Virus genome (UHGV): UHGV-0162284
DNA from: a virus
Length of the DNA stretch: 18,322 nt
Reading direction: 5' to 3' (one strand)
How positions within the stretch are numbered: position 1 is the stretch's first letter; every line of letters starts with the position of its first letter. The notes under the pieces are model-generated. The model was not told the origin of the DNA, searched no databases, and saw only the letters and a program-made list of their open reading frames with translations. A program made the translations under genes and the position numbers. This document shows, one piece after another, positions 1 through 7,503 of the stretch.

Positions 1-49
1 AACGCCCCCGCTGACACTCTGACCAATTGCTGATGGAGCACAAAACCTG

Positions 50-1108
50 ATGAAGAAGAATACCCGCTTTGCTTTTAACGCTTACCTGCAGCAACTGGCG
101 CGTCTGAACGGTGTGGCAGTTGAAGAACTGTCCAGCAAGTTCACCGTAGAGCCGTCCGTGCAGCAGACATTGGAAGACCAGATCCAGCAGTCCGCCGCTT
201 TCCTGACGCTGATTAACGTCACGCCAGTGACTGAGCAGTCCGGTCAGCTGCTGGGGTTGGGAGTTGGCAGCACCATTGCCGGAACCACTGATACCACCGC
301 GAAAGAGCGTGAACCTGTCGATCCGACGCTGATGGTCGATGTGGAATATAAATGCGAGCAGACCAACTTTGACACGGTACTGACCTACGCGAAGCTGGAC
401 CTGTGGGCGAAGTTTCAGGATTTTCAGGTGCGTATCCGTGACGCCATCGTGAAACGTCAGGCACTGGACCGCATCATGATCGGCTTTAACGGCGTGAAGC
501 GTGCGAAAACCTCCAACCGTAGCGAAAACCCGTTACTGCAGGATGTGAATAAAGGCTGGCTGCAGAAAATCCGTGAGGATGCACCGGATCACGTCATGGG
601 CAGCACCACCACGGGCGGTGAAACCACACCGGGTGCGGTGAAAGTCGGGAAAGGTGGCGAATATGCCAACCTGGACGCCGTGGTGATGGATGCCGTTAAT
701 GAGCTTATCGACGTGGTCTATCAGGACGATGACGATCTGGTGGTGATTTGCGGTCGTGAACTGCTGTCTGACAAGTATTTCCCGCTGGTCAACAAAGAGC
801 AGGAAAACAGTGAAAAACTGGCTGCCGATATGATCATCAGTCAGAAACGCATGGGTGGCCTGCAGGCCGTGCGTGCGCCGTTCTTCCCGCCGAATGCGCT
901 GCTGATCACCCGTCTGGATAACCTGTCCATCTACTGGCAGGAAGACACCCGCCGCCGTTCAGTTATCGACAACCCGAAACGTGACCGGATTGAAAACTTT
1001 GAATCCGTTAACGAAGCCTATGTGGTTGAGGACTACCGCTGCGCCGCACTGGTGGAAAACATCCAGATTGGTGATTTCAGCGCCGCCGCAGCCGAAACCG
1101 GAGCGTAA
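50..1108 (+). CDS. N: Major capsid protein (P2 gpN family)
   Basis: 352-aa ORF; N-terminus and internal blocks (KFTVEPSV, KGGEYANLDA, LAADMIISQKR, DFS near C-terminus) match P2 gpN as remembered; position directly upstream of M. Confidence 0.93.
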   Translation: MKKNTRFAFNAYLQQLARLNGVAVEELSSKFTVEPSVQQTLEDQIQQSAAFLTLINVTPVTEQSGQLLGLGVGSTIAGTTDTTAKEREPVDPTLMVDVEYKCEQTNFDTVLTYAKLDLWAKFQDFQVRIRDAIVKRQALDRIMIGFNGVKRAKTSNRSENPLLQDVNKGWLQKIREDAPDHVMGSTTTGGETTPGAVKVGKGGEYANLDAVVMDAVNELIDVVYQDDDDLVVICGRELLSDKYFPLVNKEQENSEKLAADMIISQKRMGGLQAVRAPFFPPNALLITRLDNLSIYWQEDTRRRSVIDNPKRDRIENFESVNEAYVVEDYRCAALVENIQIGDFSAAAAETGA

Positions 1109-1111
1109 TCC

Positions 1112-1762
1112 ATGAGCCTGAGTCCCGCACGGCAGCATCGCCTGCGCGTTCAGGCTGAACAGGCCGCCCGTGAGGGCGGCAGTGTTCGCCACGCATCGGG
1201 CTATGACCTGATGCTGCTGCAACTGGCGGAAGACCGCCGCCGTCTCAAGGGCGTTCAGTCCACGGTCAAAAAAGCGGAAATCAAGGTGGAGCTGCTGCCG
1301 AAGTACGCCGCCTGGGCGGAGGGCGTCCTGGCTGCCGGAGGAGCTCAACAGGATGACGTGCTGATGTACGTGATGCTGTGGCGCATTGATGCCGGAGATT
1401 ATGCCGGGGCGCTGGAGATCGGGCGTCATGCCCTGCGTCATGGCTGGGTGATGCCGCTGGGTAACCGCAACGTGCAGACCGTGCTGGCAGAGGAAATGGC
1501 AGATGCAGCGCAGAGCGCAATGCTTGCCGCCACCGACTTTGATGCCGATCTGTTGCTGCAGACGCTGGAGCTGACAGACGGTCTGGATATGCCGGACCAG
1601 TCACGGGCGCGTCTGCATAAAGCGATTGGCGCTGTCCTGAGTGAAAGCAATCCGGCTTCCGCCCTTAATCATCTCAACCATGCGTTACAGCTCGATCCCC
1701 GCTGTGGCGTGAAAAAAGACAAACAGCAGCTGGAGCGCAGACTGCGCAATGACAGCCGCTGA
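1112..1762 (+). CDS. M: Terminase small/endonuclease subunit (P2 gpM family)
   Basis: 216-aa ORF starting 4 nt after N; motifs DDVLMYVMLWRIDAGDYAGALEI and LQLDPRCGVKK resemble P2 gpM; synteny N-M-L. Confidence 0.88.
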   Translation: MSLSPARQHRLRVQAEQAAREGGSVRHASGYDLMLLQLAEDRRRLKGVQSTVKKAEIKVELLPKYAAWAEGVLAAGGAQQDDVLMYVMLWRIDAGDYAGALEIGRHALRHGWVMPLGNRNVQTVLAEEMADAAQSAMLAATDFDADLLLQTLELTDGLDMPDQSRARLHKAIGAVLSESNPASALNHLNHALQLDPRCGVKKDKQQLERRLRNDSR

Positions 1763-1858
1763 CAGAACGTGCCCCCGCGCACGGGCGGCACGGGGTGGCG
1801 AAAGGCACTGCCACATCAAAATCCCGTCCACCGCCCTCTATTTCAGGAGAAAGCAGCA

Positions 1859-2322
1859 TGAAGTTTGTTGCGCCAGAACAGGCACCGGAACAGGCGGAAA
1901 TCATCAGAAATACGCCGTTCTGGCCTGATGTGGACCTGTCGGAGTTTCGCTGTGTCATGCGCACTGACGGCACGGTGACGCAGCCGCGTTTAAAGCAGGT
2001 TGCGCTGTCGGCAATTTCGGAGGTCAACGCAGAGCTGTATGAGTTTCGCAGACGTCAGCAGATGCTGGGATATGCCTCGCTGGCAGAGGTTCCGGCGGAA
2101 CAGCTGGACGGCAAAAGTGAGCGCATTCATCACTATTTCAACGCGGTTTACTGCTGGGCACGCGCCATGCTCAACGAGCGTTATCAGGACTATGACGCCA
2201 CGGCATCCGGTGTGAAGCGGGGCGAGGAACTGGCGGAAGCAAGCGGTGATTTGTGGCGTGACGCCCGCTGGGCCATCAGCCGGGTGCAGGATGCGCCGCA
2301 CTGCACAGTGGAGCTTATCTGA
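1859..2322 (+). CDS. L: Head completion/stabilisation protein (P2 gpL family)
   Basis: Track ORF 1795..2322; preferred start is ATG 1859 (MKFVAPEQ...) behind an AGGAGA Shine-Dalgarno; NAELYEFR, DLWRDARWAI and C-terminal HCTV motifs match gpL. Confidence 0.88.
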
Positions 2323-2525
2323 TGAAAGTGCGTGCGCATCAGTATGACACGGTGGACGCGCTTTGCTGGCGTCATTACGGGCGCACGCAGGGTGTCACGG
2401 AGCAGGTACTGAAGGCAAATCCGGGGCTTGCCGAATACGGCCCCTTTTTACCTCACGGGCTGCAGGTGGAGCTGCCGGACATTCCGACAACCACCACCGT
2501 GCAGACCGTCCAGCTATGGGACTGA
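2322..2525 (+). CDS. X: Tail protein X (P2 gpX family)
   Basis: 67-aa ORF whose start overlaps the L stop (ATGA); DTVDALCWRHYGRTQGV...ANPGLAE...LPHGLQVELPD matches P2 gpX nearly collinearly. Confidence 0.9.
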   Translation: MKVRAHQYDTVDALCWRHYGRTQGVTEQVLKANPGLAEYGPFLPHGLQVELPDIPTTTTVQTVQLWD

Positions 2526-2528
2526 ATT

Positions 2529-2744
2529 ATGACGCTTGAGCGAATCAGCGCCTTTATCACGTATTGCATCGCCGTCGTGCTGGCCTGGCTGGGCGATTTG
2601 TCCATCAAGGATGCCTCAACGCTGGGCGGCCTGATGATTGGTGTACTGATGCTGGCTATCAACTGGTACTACAAACACAAAGCCTACCAGCTTCTGCGCG
2701 ACGGGCAGATTTCGCGGGAGGACTATGAATCCATCAATCGTTAA
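2529..2744 (+). CDS. Small holin, probably pinholin-type (two hydrophobic segments, charged C-terminus)
   Basis: 71-aa ORF immediately upstream of and overlapping the endolysin; two hydrophobic stretches (AFITYCIAVVLAWLG and GGLMIGVLMLAINWY) then a charged tail; not obviously the P2 gpY sequence. Confidence 0.6.
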   Translation: MTLERISAFITYCIAVVLAWLGDLSIKDASTLGGLMIGVLMLAINWYYKHKAYQLLRDGQISREDYESINR

Positions 2745-3237
2745 ACGCTGCCTTGTCGGGGCCGTGCTGGCTATTGCTGCCACGCTGCCGGGTTTTCAGC
2801 AGCTTCACACCTCCGTGGAGGGGCTGAAACTGATTGCTGATTACGAAGGCTGTCGTCTGCAGCCGTATCAGTGTAGCGCGGGTGTCTGGACCGACGGCAT
2901 TGGTAATACGTCGGGCGTCATTCCCGGCAAAACCATTACGGAGCGACAGGCAGCAGAAGGGCTGATCTCCAACGTGCTGCGTGTGGAGCGGGCGCTGGAA
3001 AGGTGTGTGAAGCAACAGCCGCCGCAGAAGGTGTATGACGCTGCGGTGTCGTTTGCCTTCAACGTGGGAACGGGCAATGCCTGCAGTTCCACACTGGTGA
3101 AATTACTCAATCAGCGGCGCTGGGCGGATGCGTGCCGACAGTTGCCGCGCTGGGTTTATGTGAAAGGTGTTTTTAATCAGGGGCTGGATAACCGCCGTGC
3201 GCGGGAGATGGCCTGGTGCTTACAGGGAGCAAACTGA
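2725..3237 (+). CDS. SAR endolysin, T4-lysozyme-like (GH24) muramidase
   Basis: 170-aa ORF with GGAGGA RBS; weakly hydrophobic Ala/Gly-rich N-terminal segment (CLVGAVLAIAATL) typical of signal-anchor-release domains; E41...T56 catalytic-region motif (ADYEGCRLQPYQCSAGVWTDGIGNT) resembling P21 R / P1 Lyz; Cys at 9, 43 and 50. Confidence 0.82.
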   Translation: MNPSIVKRCLVGAVLAIAATLPGFQQLHTSVEGLKLIADYEGCRLQPYQCSAGVWTDGIGNTSGVIPGKTITERQAAEGLISNVLRVERALERCVKQQPPQKVYDAAVSFAFNVGTGNACSSTLVKLLNQRRWADACRQLPRWVYVKGVFNQGLDNRRAREMAWCLQGAN

Positions 3238-3238
3238 A

Positions 3239-3616
3239 ATGAAAAAGAAAGTAATCAGCGGGCTGTTTCTGATGTTATGGATGGCGCTGTTGATCGCAGC
3301 AATGGTGTATCCACAGGGGATTTTTCCGGTACTGGCAGCGTCCGGTGTCTGGGTAGCCTGTCTGCTGACATGGGCGGTAATTCCGGTAGCACTGGCTGCG
3401 TTAATTAAGAACGGCCCGCTCTGGCAGGAGTTGAGGGCATCTTTGCTAAAGACCATTACCCGAAAAGAAAACGTATTTATCAGCTGGGTGATGCGATTGC
3501 TGATTGTCGTAAGTTTCGCCTGGACGGGGTGGGCTATTACCCTGGTCTTTTATCTGCTGACCGTTATTGCCTTCTGGATGATCCGTAATCAGATTGCGCA
3601 ACAGGTAGCAGCATGA
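3239..3616 (+). CDS. lysA: LysA-like membrane protein (lysis timing accessory)
   Basis: Track ORF 3167..3616; preferred ATG 3239 (MKKKVISG) two nt after the endolysin stop; 125 aa with about four hydrophobic helices; position matches P2 lysA. Confidence 0.65.
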   Translation: MKKKVISGLFLMLWMALLIAAMVYPQGIFPVLAASGVWVACLLTWAVIPVALAALIKNGPLWQELRASLLKTITRKENVFISWVMRLLIVVSFAWTGWAITLVFYLLTVIAFWMIRNQIAQQVAA

Positions 3617-4041
3617 ACCGGTTGCTGCTGGTTGTGCTGGCGTTATTACTGGCGGCGCTGCGCTGGCAGACGTGGCGGCTGGCTGATGCCAGCCAGACCA
3701 TCAGCACGCAGGCAGACGAGCTTCGGAGCAAAAGCCAGGCACTGGCAAAGAGCAACAGCCAGCTTATCAGCCTGTCCATTCTGACTGAAACCAATAACCG
3801 GGAGCAGGCGCGGCTCTATGCCGAAGCAGAACAGACCAGTGTACTGCTGAGACAACGACAACACCGGATTGAGGAACTGAAACGTGAGAACGAGGATTTA
3901 CGCCGCTGGGCTGATACTCCTTTGCCTGCTGACATTATCCGGCTGCGGGAACGCCCCACACTCACCGGAGGTGCAGCTTACCGTCAGTGGTTGTCCGCGA
4001 GTGACGCCGTGTCGGCTGGGGCAGGCAGCGCCGCGCACTAA
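3613..4041 (+). CDS. lysB: LysB, Rz-like inner-membrane spanin subunit
   Basis: 142-aa ORF overlapping the lysA stop; N-terminal TM segment (LLLVVLALLLAAL) then a coiled-coil-like charged region (EELKRENEDLRRW); position matches P2 lysB. Confidence 0.7.
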   Translation: MNRLLLVVLALLLAALRWQTWRLADASQTISTQADELRSKSQALAKSNSQLISLSILTETNNREQARLYAEAEQTSVLLRQRQHRIEELKRENEDLRRWADTPLPADIIRLRERPTLTGGAAYRQWLSASDAVSAGAGSAAH

Positions 4042-4174
4042 CGGTGACCTGAACGCGTTGCTGGATGAAACGGAGGCCGCCTGGGCGGTCTGTGCAGACA
4101 AAGTGGACATGATTATTGCGTGTCAGGAGCGAAACAGTGAACAAACCACAATCCCTGCGCCACGCCCTCAATAA
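3884..4174 (+). CDS. lysC: LysC, Rz1-like outer-membrane lipoprotein spanin subunit (starts inside lysB in another frame)
   Basis: GTG 3884 preceded by GAGGAA; signal peptide ending in lipobox L-S-G-C (AAGLILLCLLTLSGC); Pro-rich mature part; begins inside lysB and runs past its end, the overlapped spanin architecture of P2. Confidence 0.6.
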   Translation: MRTRIYAAGLILLCLLTLSGCGNAPHSPEVQLTVSGCPRVTPCRLGQAAPRTNGDLNALLDETEAAWAVCADKVDMIIACQERNSEQTTIPAPRPQ

Positions 4175-4568
4175 AGCGGTGCCTTATGTCCGCAATAACC
4201 CGGACAAACTGCATCTGTTTGTGGATAACGGTTCGCTGGTTGCCACGGGGGCCGGCTCCATGTCATGGGAGTACCGCTATACCCTGAACGTGGTGATAGA
4301 GGATTTCAGCGGCGACCAGAATCTGCTGATGGCCCCGGTTTTACTGTGGCTTCGGGATAACCAGCCCGATGCCATCAATAACCCGGCGTTACGGGAAAAG
4401 CTATTCACCTTTGATGTGGATATTTTGCGCAACGATGTCTGTGATATCAGCCTTAATCTGCAACTGACGGAACGTGTGCTGGTCAGCACTGACGGCAGTG
4501 TGTCGAGCGTTGAAGCTGTAGCAGAACCCGATGAACCTGAAGAAATGTGGACGGTGAAACGTGGCTGA
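4137..4568 (+). CDS. R: Tail completion protein (P2 gpR family)
   Basis: Track ORF 4116..4568 (TTG); preferred GTG 4137 with AGGAG 7 nt upstream; NKPQSLRHAL...NPDKLHLFVDNGS...RYTLNVVIEDFSGD...LLWLRDNQPD aligns with P2 gpR. Confidence 0.85.
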   Translation: MNKPQSLRHALNKAVPYVRNNPDKLHLFVDNGSLVATGAGSMSWEYRYTLNVVIEDFSGDQNLLMAPVLLWLRDNQPDAINNPALREKLFTFDVDILRNDVCDISLNLQLTERVLVSTDGSVSSVEAVAEPDEPEEMWTVKRG

Positions 4569-5007
4569 ACTGCAGAAGGTGGACGACTGGCTGAGTGCCT
4601 TGCTGGCGAATCTGGAACCAGCCTCGAGAAGCCGCATGATGCGCCAGCTGGCGCAGGAACTTCGCCGGACACAGCAGCAGAATATCAGGATGCAGCGCAA
4701 CCCTGACGGCAGCAGCTATGAACCGCGACGGGTAACAGCACGCAGTAAAAAAGGCCGTATCAAACGTCAGATGTTTACAAAGCTGCGCACCACAAAATAC
4801 CTGAAAACTGCCGCCAGCGCTGATTCTGCCAGCGTACAGTTTGAAGGTAAGGTGCAGCGTATTGCCCGCGTTCATCACTACGGCTTACGTGATCGCGTCA
4901 GTCGCAAAGGACCTGAGGTCCGTTACGCAGAGCGTCGCCTTCTGGGTGTAAATGATGATGTTGAGGCAATGACCCGCGACATGATTCTGCAATGGCTGGC
5001 GGGGTGA
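4561..5007 (+). CDS. S: Tail completion protein (P2 gpS family)
   Basis: 148-aa ORF overlapping the R stop; MMRQLAQELRRTQQQNIRMQRNPDGS...QFEGKVQRIARVHHYGLRD resembles P2 gpS. Confidence 0.85.
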   Translation: MAELQKVDDWLSALLANLEPASRSRMMRQLAQELRRTQQQNIRMQRNPDGSSYEPRRVTARSKKGRIKRQMFTKLRTTKYLKTAASADSASVQFEGKVQRIARVHHYGLRDRVSRKGPEVRYAERRLLGVNDDVEAMTRDMILQWLAG

Positions 5008-5011
5008 TCTT

Positions 5012-5029
5012 TGTATCAGCACTGATACA
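5012..5029 (+). promoter_or_regulatory. Candidate Ogr-dependent late-promoter element (TGT-N12-ACA dyad) for the V-W-J-I-H operon
   Basis: Perfect palindrome TTGTATCAG-CA-CTGATACAA containing TGT-N12-ACA in the 68-bp S-V gap; P2 late promoters carry this dyad upstream of the -35 region. Dyad centre is only ~56 bp from the V ATG, so the leader would be very short. Confidence 0.5.
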
Positions 5030-5075
5030 AGTTGCAGCACTGCCGGCTTTCTTCCCCTGATGGCAACCTTTCCCT

Positions 5076-5654
5076 ATGAACGCACAATTAACCGAAATCA
5101 TGCGCCTTATCACCAACCTGATCCGCACAGGTGTAGTCACCGAAGTGGACCGGGAAAACTGGCTTTGCCGGGTGAAAACGGGCGATCTTGAAACCAACTG
5201 GATCAGCTGGCTGACGCTGCGTGCCGGGAATGCCCGCACATGGTGGCGACCATCGGAAGGTGAACAGGTGGTGCTGCTGAGTCTGGGCGGCAATCTTGAA
5301 ACCGCCTTTGCGTTGCCCGCTGTCTATTCGAATCAGTTCGCTCCACCGTCGACGTCGGCGGACGCCTGCGTGACAGAACATCCTGACGGTGGCTGGTTTG
5401 AATACGAACCAGCCACCGGGCGCTGGTATGTCAGGGGCATCAAATCAATGGTCATTGAGGCCGCTGACAACATCACCATGAAAACCACTGAGTTTGTACT
5501 GGAGGCTGACCGCACGCGCATTAACAGCGAAGTGGTGATCAATGGTGGCGTTACCCAGGGCGGCGGAGCGATAAGTTCTAACGGGATCGTGGTTGATGCG
5601 CATCAGCATACAGGCGTCCTGAAAGGCGGCGATACAACCGGAGGCCCGGTATGA
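5076..5654 (+). CDS. V: Baseplate spike/assembly protein (P2 gpV family)
   Basis: 192 aa; N-terminal region (GVVTEVDRENWLCRVKTGDLETNWISWL...) and Gly-rich C-terminus (HQHTGVLKGGDTTGGPV) match gpV-type spikes. Confidence 0.9.
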   Translation: MNAQLTEIMRLITNLIRTGVVTEVDRENWLCRVKTGDLETNWISWLTLRAGNARTWWRPSEGEQVVLLSLGGNLETAFALPAVYSNQFAPPSTSADACVTEHPDGGWFEYEPATGRWYVRGIKSMVIEAADNITMKTTEFVLEADRTRINSEVVINGGVTQGGGAISSNGIVVDAHQHTGVLKGGDTTGGPV

Positions 5655-6010
5655 CGCTTTATATCGGGATGAACAATACCAGCGGTAAAGCCATTACTGA
5701 TATTGACCATCTGCGTCAGTCGGTGCGGGACATTCTACTGACACCGCAGGGTAGCCGCATTGCCCGTCGTGAATATGGTTCCCTGCTGTCGACACTGATA
5801 GACCAGCCACAAAATCCGGCATTACGCCTGCAGGTCATGTCGGCAGTGTATGTGGCGCTGAGTCGCTGGGAGCCACGGCTGACGCTGGATTCCATCACCA
5901 TCAACAGCAATTTTGACGGTTCAATGGTGGTGGAGCTGACCGGGCGGCGTAATAACGGTGTGCCTGTTTCCCTTTCCGTATCAACAGGAGCAGAGAATGG
6001 CAGTGATTGA
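5651..6010 (+). CDS. W: Baseplate wedge protein (P2 gpW, gp25-like)
   Basis: 119 aa overlapping the V stop; DIDHLRQSVRDILLTPQGSRIARREYGS is the gpW/GPW_gp25 signature. Confidence 0.9.
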   Translation: MTLYIGMNNTSGKAITDIDHLRQSVRDILLTPQGSRIARREYGSLLSTLIDQPQNPALRLQVMSAVYVALSRWEPRLTLDSITINSNFDGSMVVELTGRRNNGVPVSLSVSTGAENGSD

Positions 6011-6905
6011 CCTTTCGCAGTTGCCTGCGCCGCAGATTGTGGATGTGCCGGACTTTGAGACGCTGCTTGCCGAACGCAAGGCAGAATTTGTGGCGCTTCA
6101 TCCGAAAGATGAGCAGGAAGCAGTGATCCGCACTCTGGAACTGGAATCTGAACCCGTCACCAAATTGCTGCAGGAGAACGCTTACCGTGAGTTGCTTCTG
6201 CGCCAGCGCATTAACGAAGCCGCGCAGGCTGTGATGGTGGCTTACGCGATGGGCAGCGATCTTGACCAGCTCGCTGCCAACTACAACGTGAAACGCCTGA
6301 CGGTGACGCCTGCTGATAATGACGCTGTGCCGCCCGTTGCAGCTGTGATGGAAAGCGATGAAGCGTTACGCCTGCGTGTGCCTGCAGCCTTTGAAGGGCT
6401 TTCAGTTGCGGGGCCAACTGCAGCTTATGAATTTCATGCCCGAAGCGCCGACGGTCGGGTGGCGGATGCCAGTGCAACCAGCCCGGCACCTGCAGAGGTG
6501 GTGCTGACTGTCCTTAGCCGCGAAGGCGATGGAACTGCAGAAAAAGACCTGCTGGACGTGGTGGAAAAAGCTCTGAACAGTGAGAACGTCCGCCCGGTGG
6601 CTGACCGTCTTACGGTTCGCAGCGCAGAAATCATCCCGTATCGCGTGGAAGCCACCATTTTTCTCTATCCTGGACCGGAAGCAGAGCCGGTAATGGCAGC
6701 GGCAAAAGCCAGCCTGCAGAAGTACATCGCCAGTCAGACGCGTCTTGGTCGGGATATTCGCCGTAGCGCCATCTTTGCCGCCCTGCATGTTGAGGGTGTG
6801 CAGCGTGTGGAGCTGGCTTCTCCGCTGGCGGATGTGGTCCTGAACAAAACACAGGCGGCATCATGTACGCAGTGGAGCGTAACCAACGGAGGAACGGATG
6901 AATAG
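5997..6905 (+). CDS. J: Baseplate assembly protein (P2 gpJ family)
   Basis: Track ORF 5958..6905; preferred ATG 5997 (MAVIDLSQLPAP) behind CAGGAG; long collinear similarity to P2 gpJ (FEGLSVAG, HARSADGRVAD, RLGRDIRRSAIFAALHVEGVQRVELASPLAD). Confidence 0.92.
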   Translation: MAVIDLSQLPAPQIVDVPDFETLLAERKAEFVALHPKDEQEAVIRTLELESEPVTKLLQENAYRELLLRQRINEAAQAVMVAYAMGSDLDQLAANYNVKRLTVTPADNDAVPPVAAVMESDEALRLRVPAAFEGLSVAGPTAAYEFHARSADGRVADASATSPAPAEVVLTVLSREGDGTAEKDLLDVVEKALNSENVRPVADRLTVRSAEIIPYRVEATIFLYPGPEAEPVMAAAKASLQKYIASQTRLGRDIRRSAIFAALHVEGVQRVELASPLADVVLNKTQAASCTQWSVTNGGTDE

Positions 6906-7503
6906 TCTGCTGCCACCGGGTTCAACACCACTGGAGCGCCGACTGGCGCAAACCTGCAGCGGGATTTCTGATCTGCAGGTGCCGCTGCGTGACTTGTGGA
7001 ATCCGGCAACCTGTCCGGTCAGTTTCCTGCCTTATCTCGCCTGGGCGTTCTCTGTAGATCGCTGGGACGAGGGCTGGACAGAAAGCGTCAAACGCCAGGT
7101 GGTGAAGGATGCTTTTTATATTCATCAACATAAAGGGACCACCAGTGCCGTGCGGCGGGTGGTGGAGCCGTTCGGCTTTCTGATCCGCATTATTGAGTGG
7201 TGGCAGACCGGAGAGGCACCGGGCACGTTTCGCCTGGATATCGGCGTGCAGGACCAGGGCATCACTGAAGATACCTATCTGGAACTTGAGCGGCTGATAA
7301 GCGATGCCAAACCATGTAGCCGTCACATGATCGGCATGTCCATCAATCTGCAGACCAGCGGCCCGCATTGGGTGGGAGCCGCCAGCTATCTTGGCGAAGA
7401 AATCACGATCTATCCGTATATCAACGAAACGATTATTTCCGGTGGCACCGCGCATGAAGGCGGGGCGGTCCATGTTATTGACACAATGAGAGTGAATCCA
7501 TGA
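6898..7503 (+). CDS. I: Baseplate/tail protein (P2 gpI family)
   Basis: 201 aa; ELWNP..TCP...LPYLAWAFSVDRWDE and GTFRLDIGV motifs match P2 gpI; overlaps the J stop and the H start. Confidence 0.9.
   Translation: MNSLLPPGSTPLERRLAQTCSGISDLQVPLRDLWNPATCPVSFLPYLAWAFSVDRWDEGWTESVKRQVVKDAFYIHQHKGTTSAVRRVVEPFGFLIRIIEWWQTGEAPGTFRLDIGVQDQGITEDTYLELERLISDAKPCSRHMIGMSINLQTSGPHWVGAASYLGEEITIYPYINETIISGGTAHEGGAVHVIDTMRVNP

Noticed and set aside
5011-5030. Palindrome after gene S as a rho-independent terminator
   Set aside because: The inverted repeat has a 2-nt centre and no downstream T-tract; the TGT-N12-ACA layout fits a protein-binding late-promoter dyad better.
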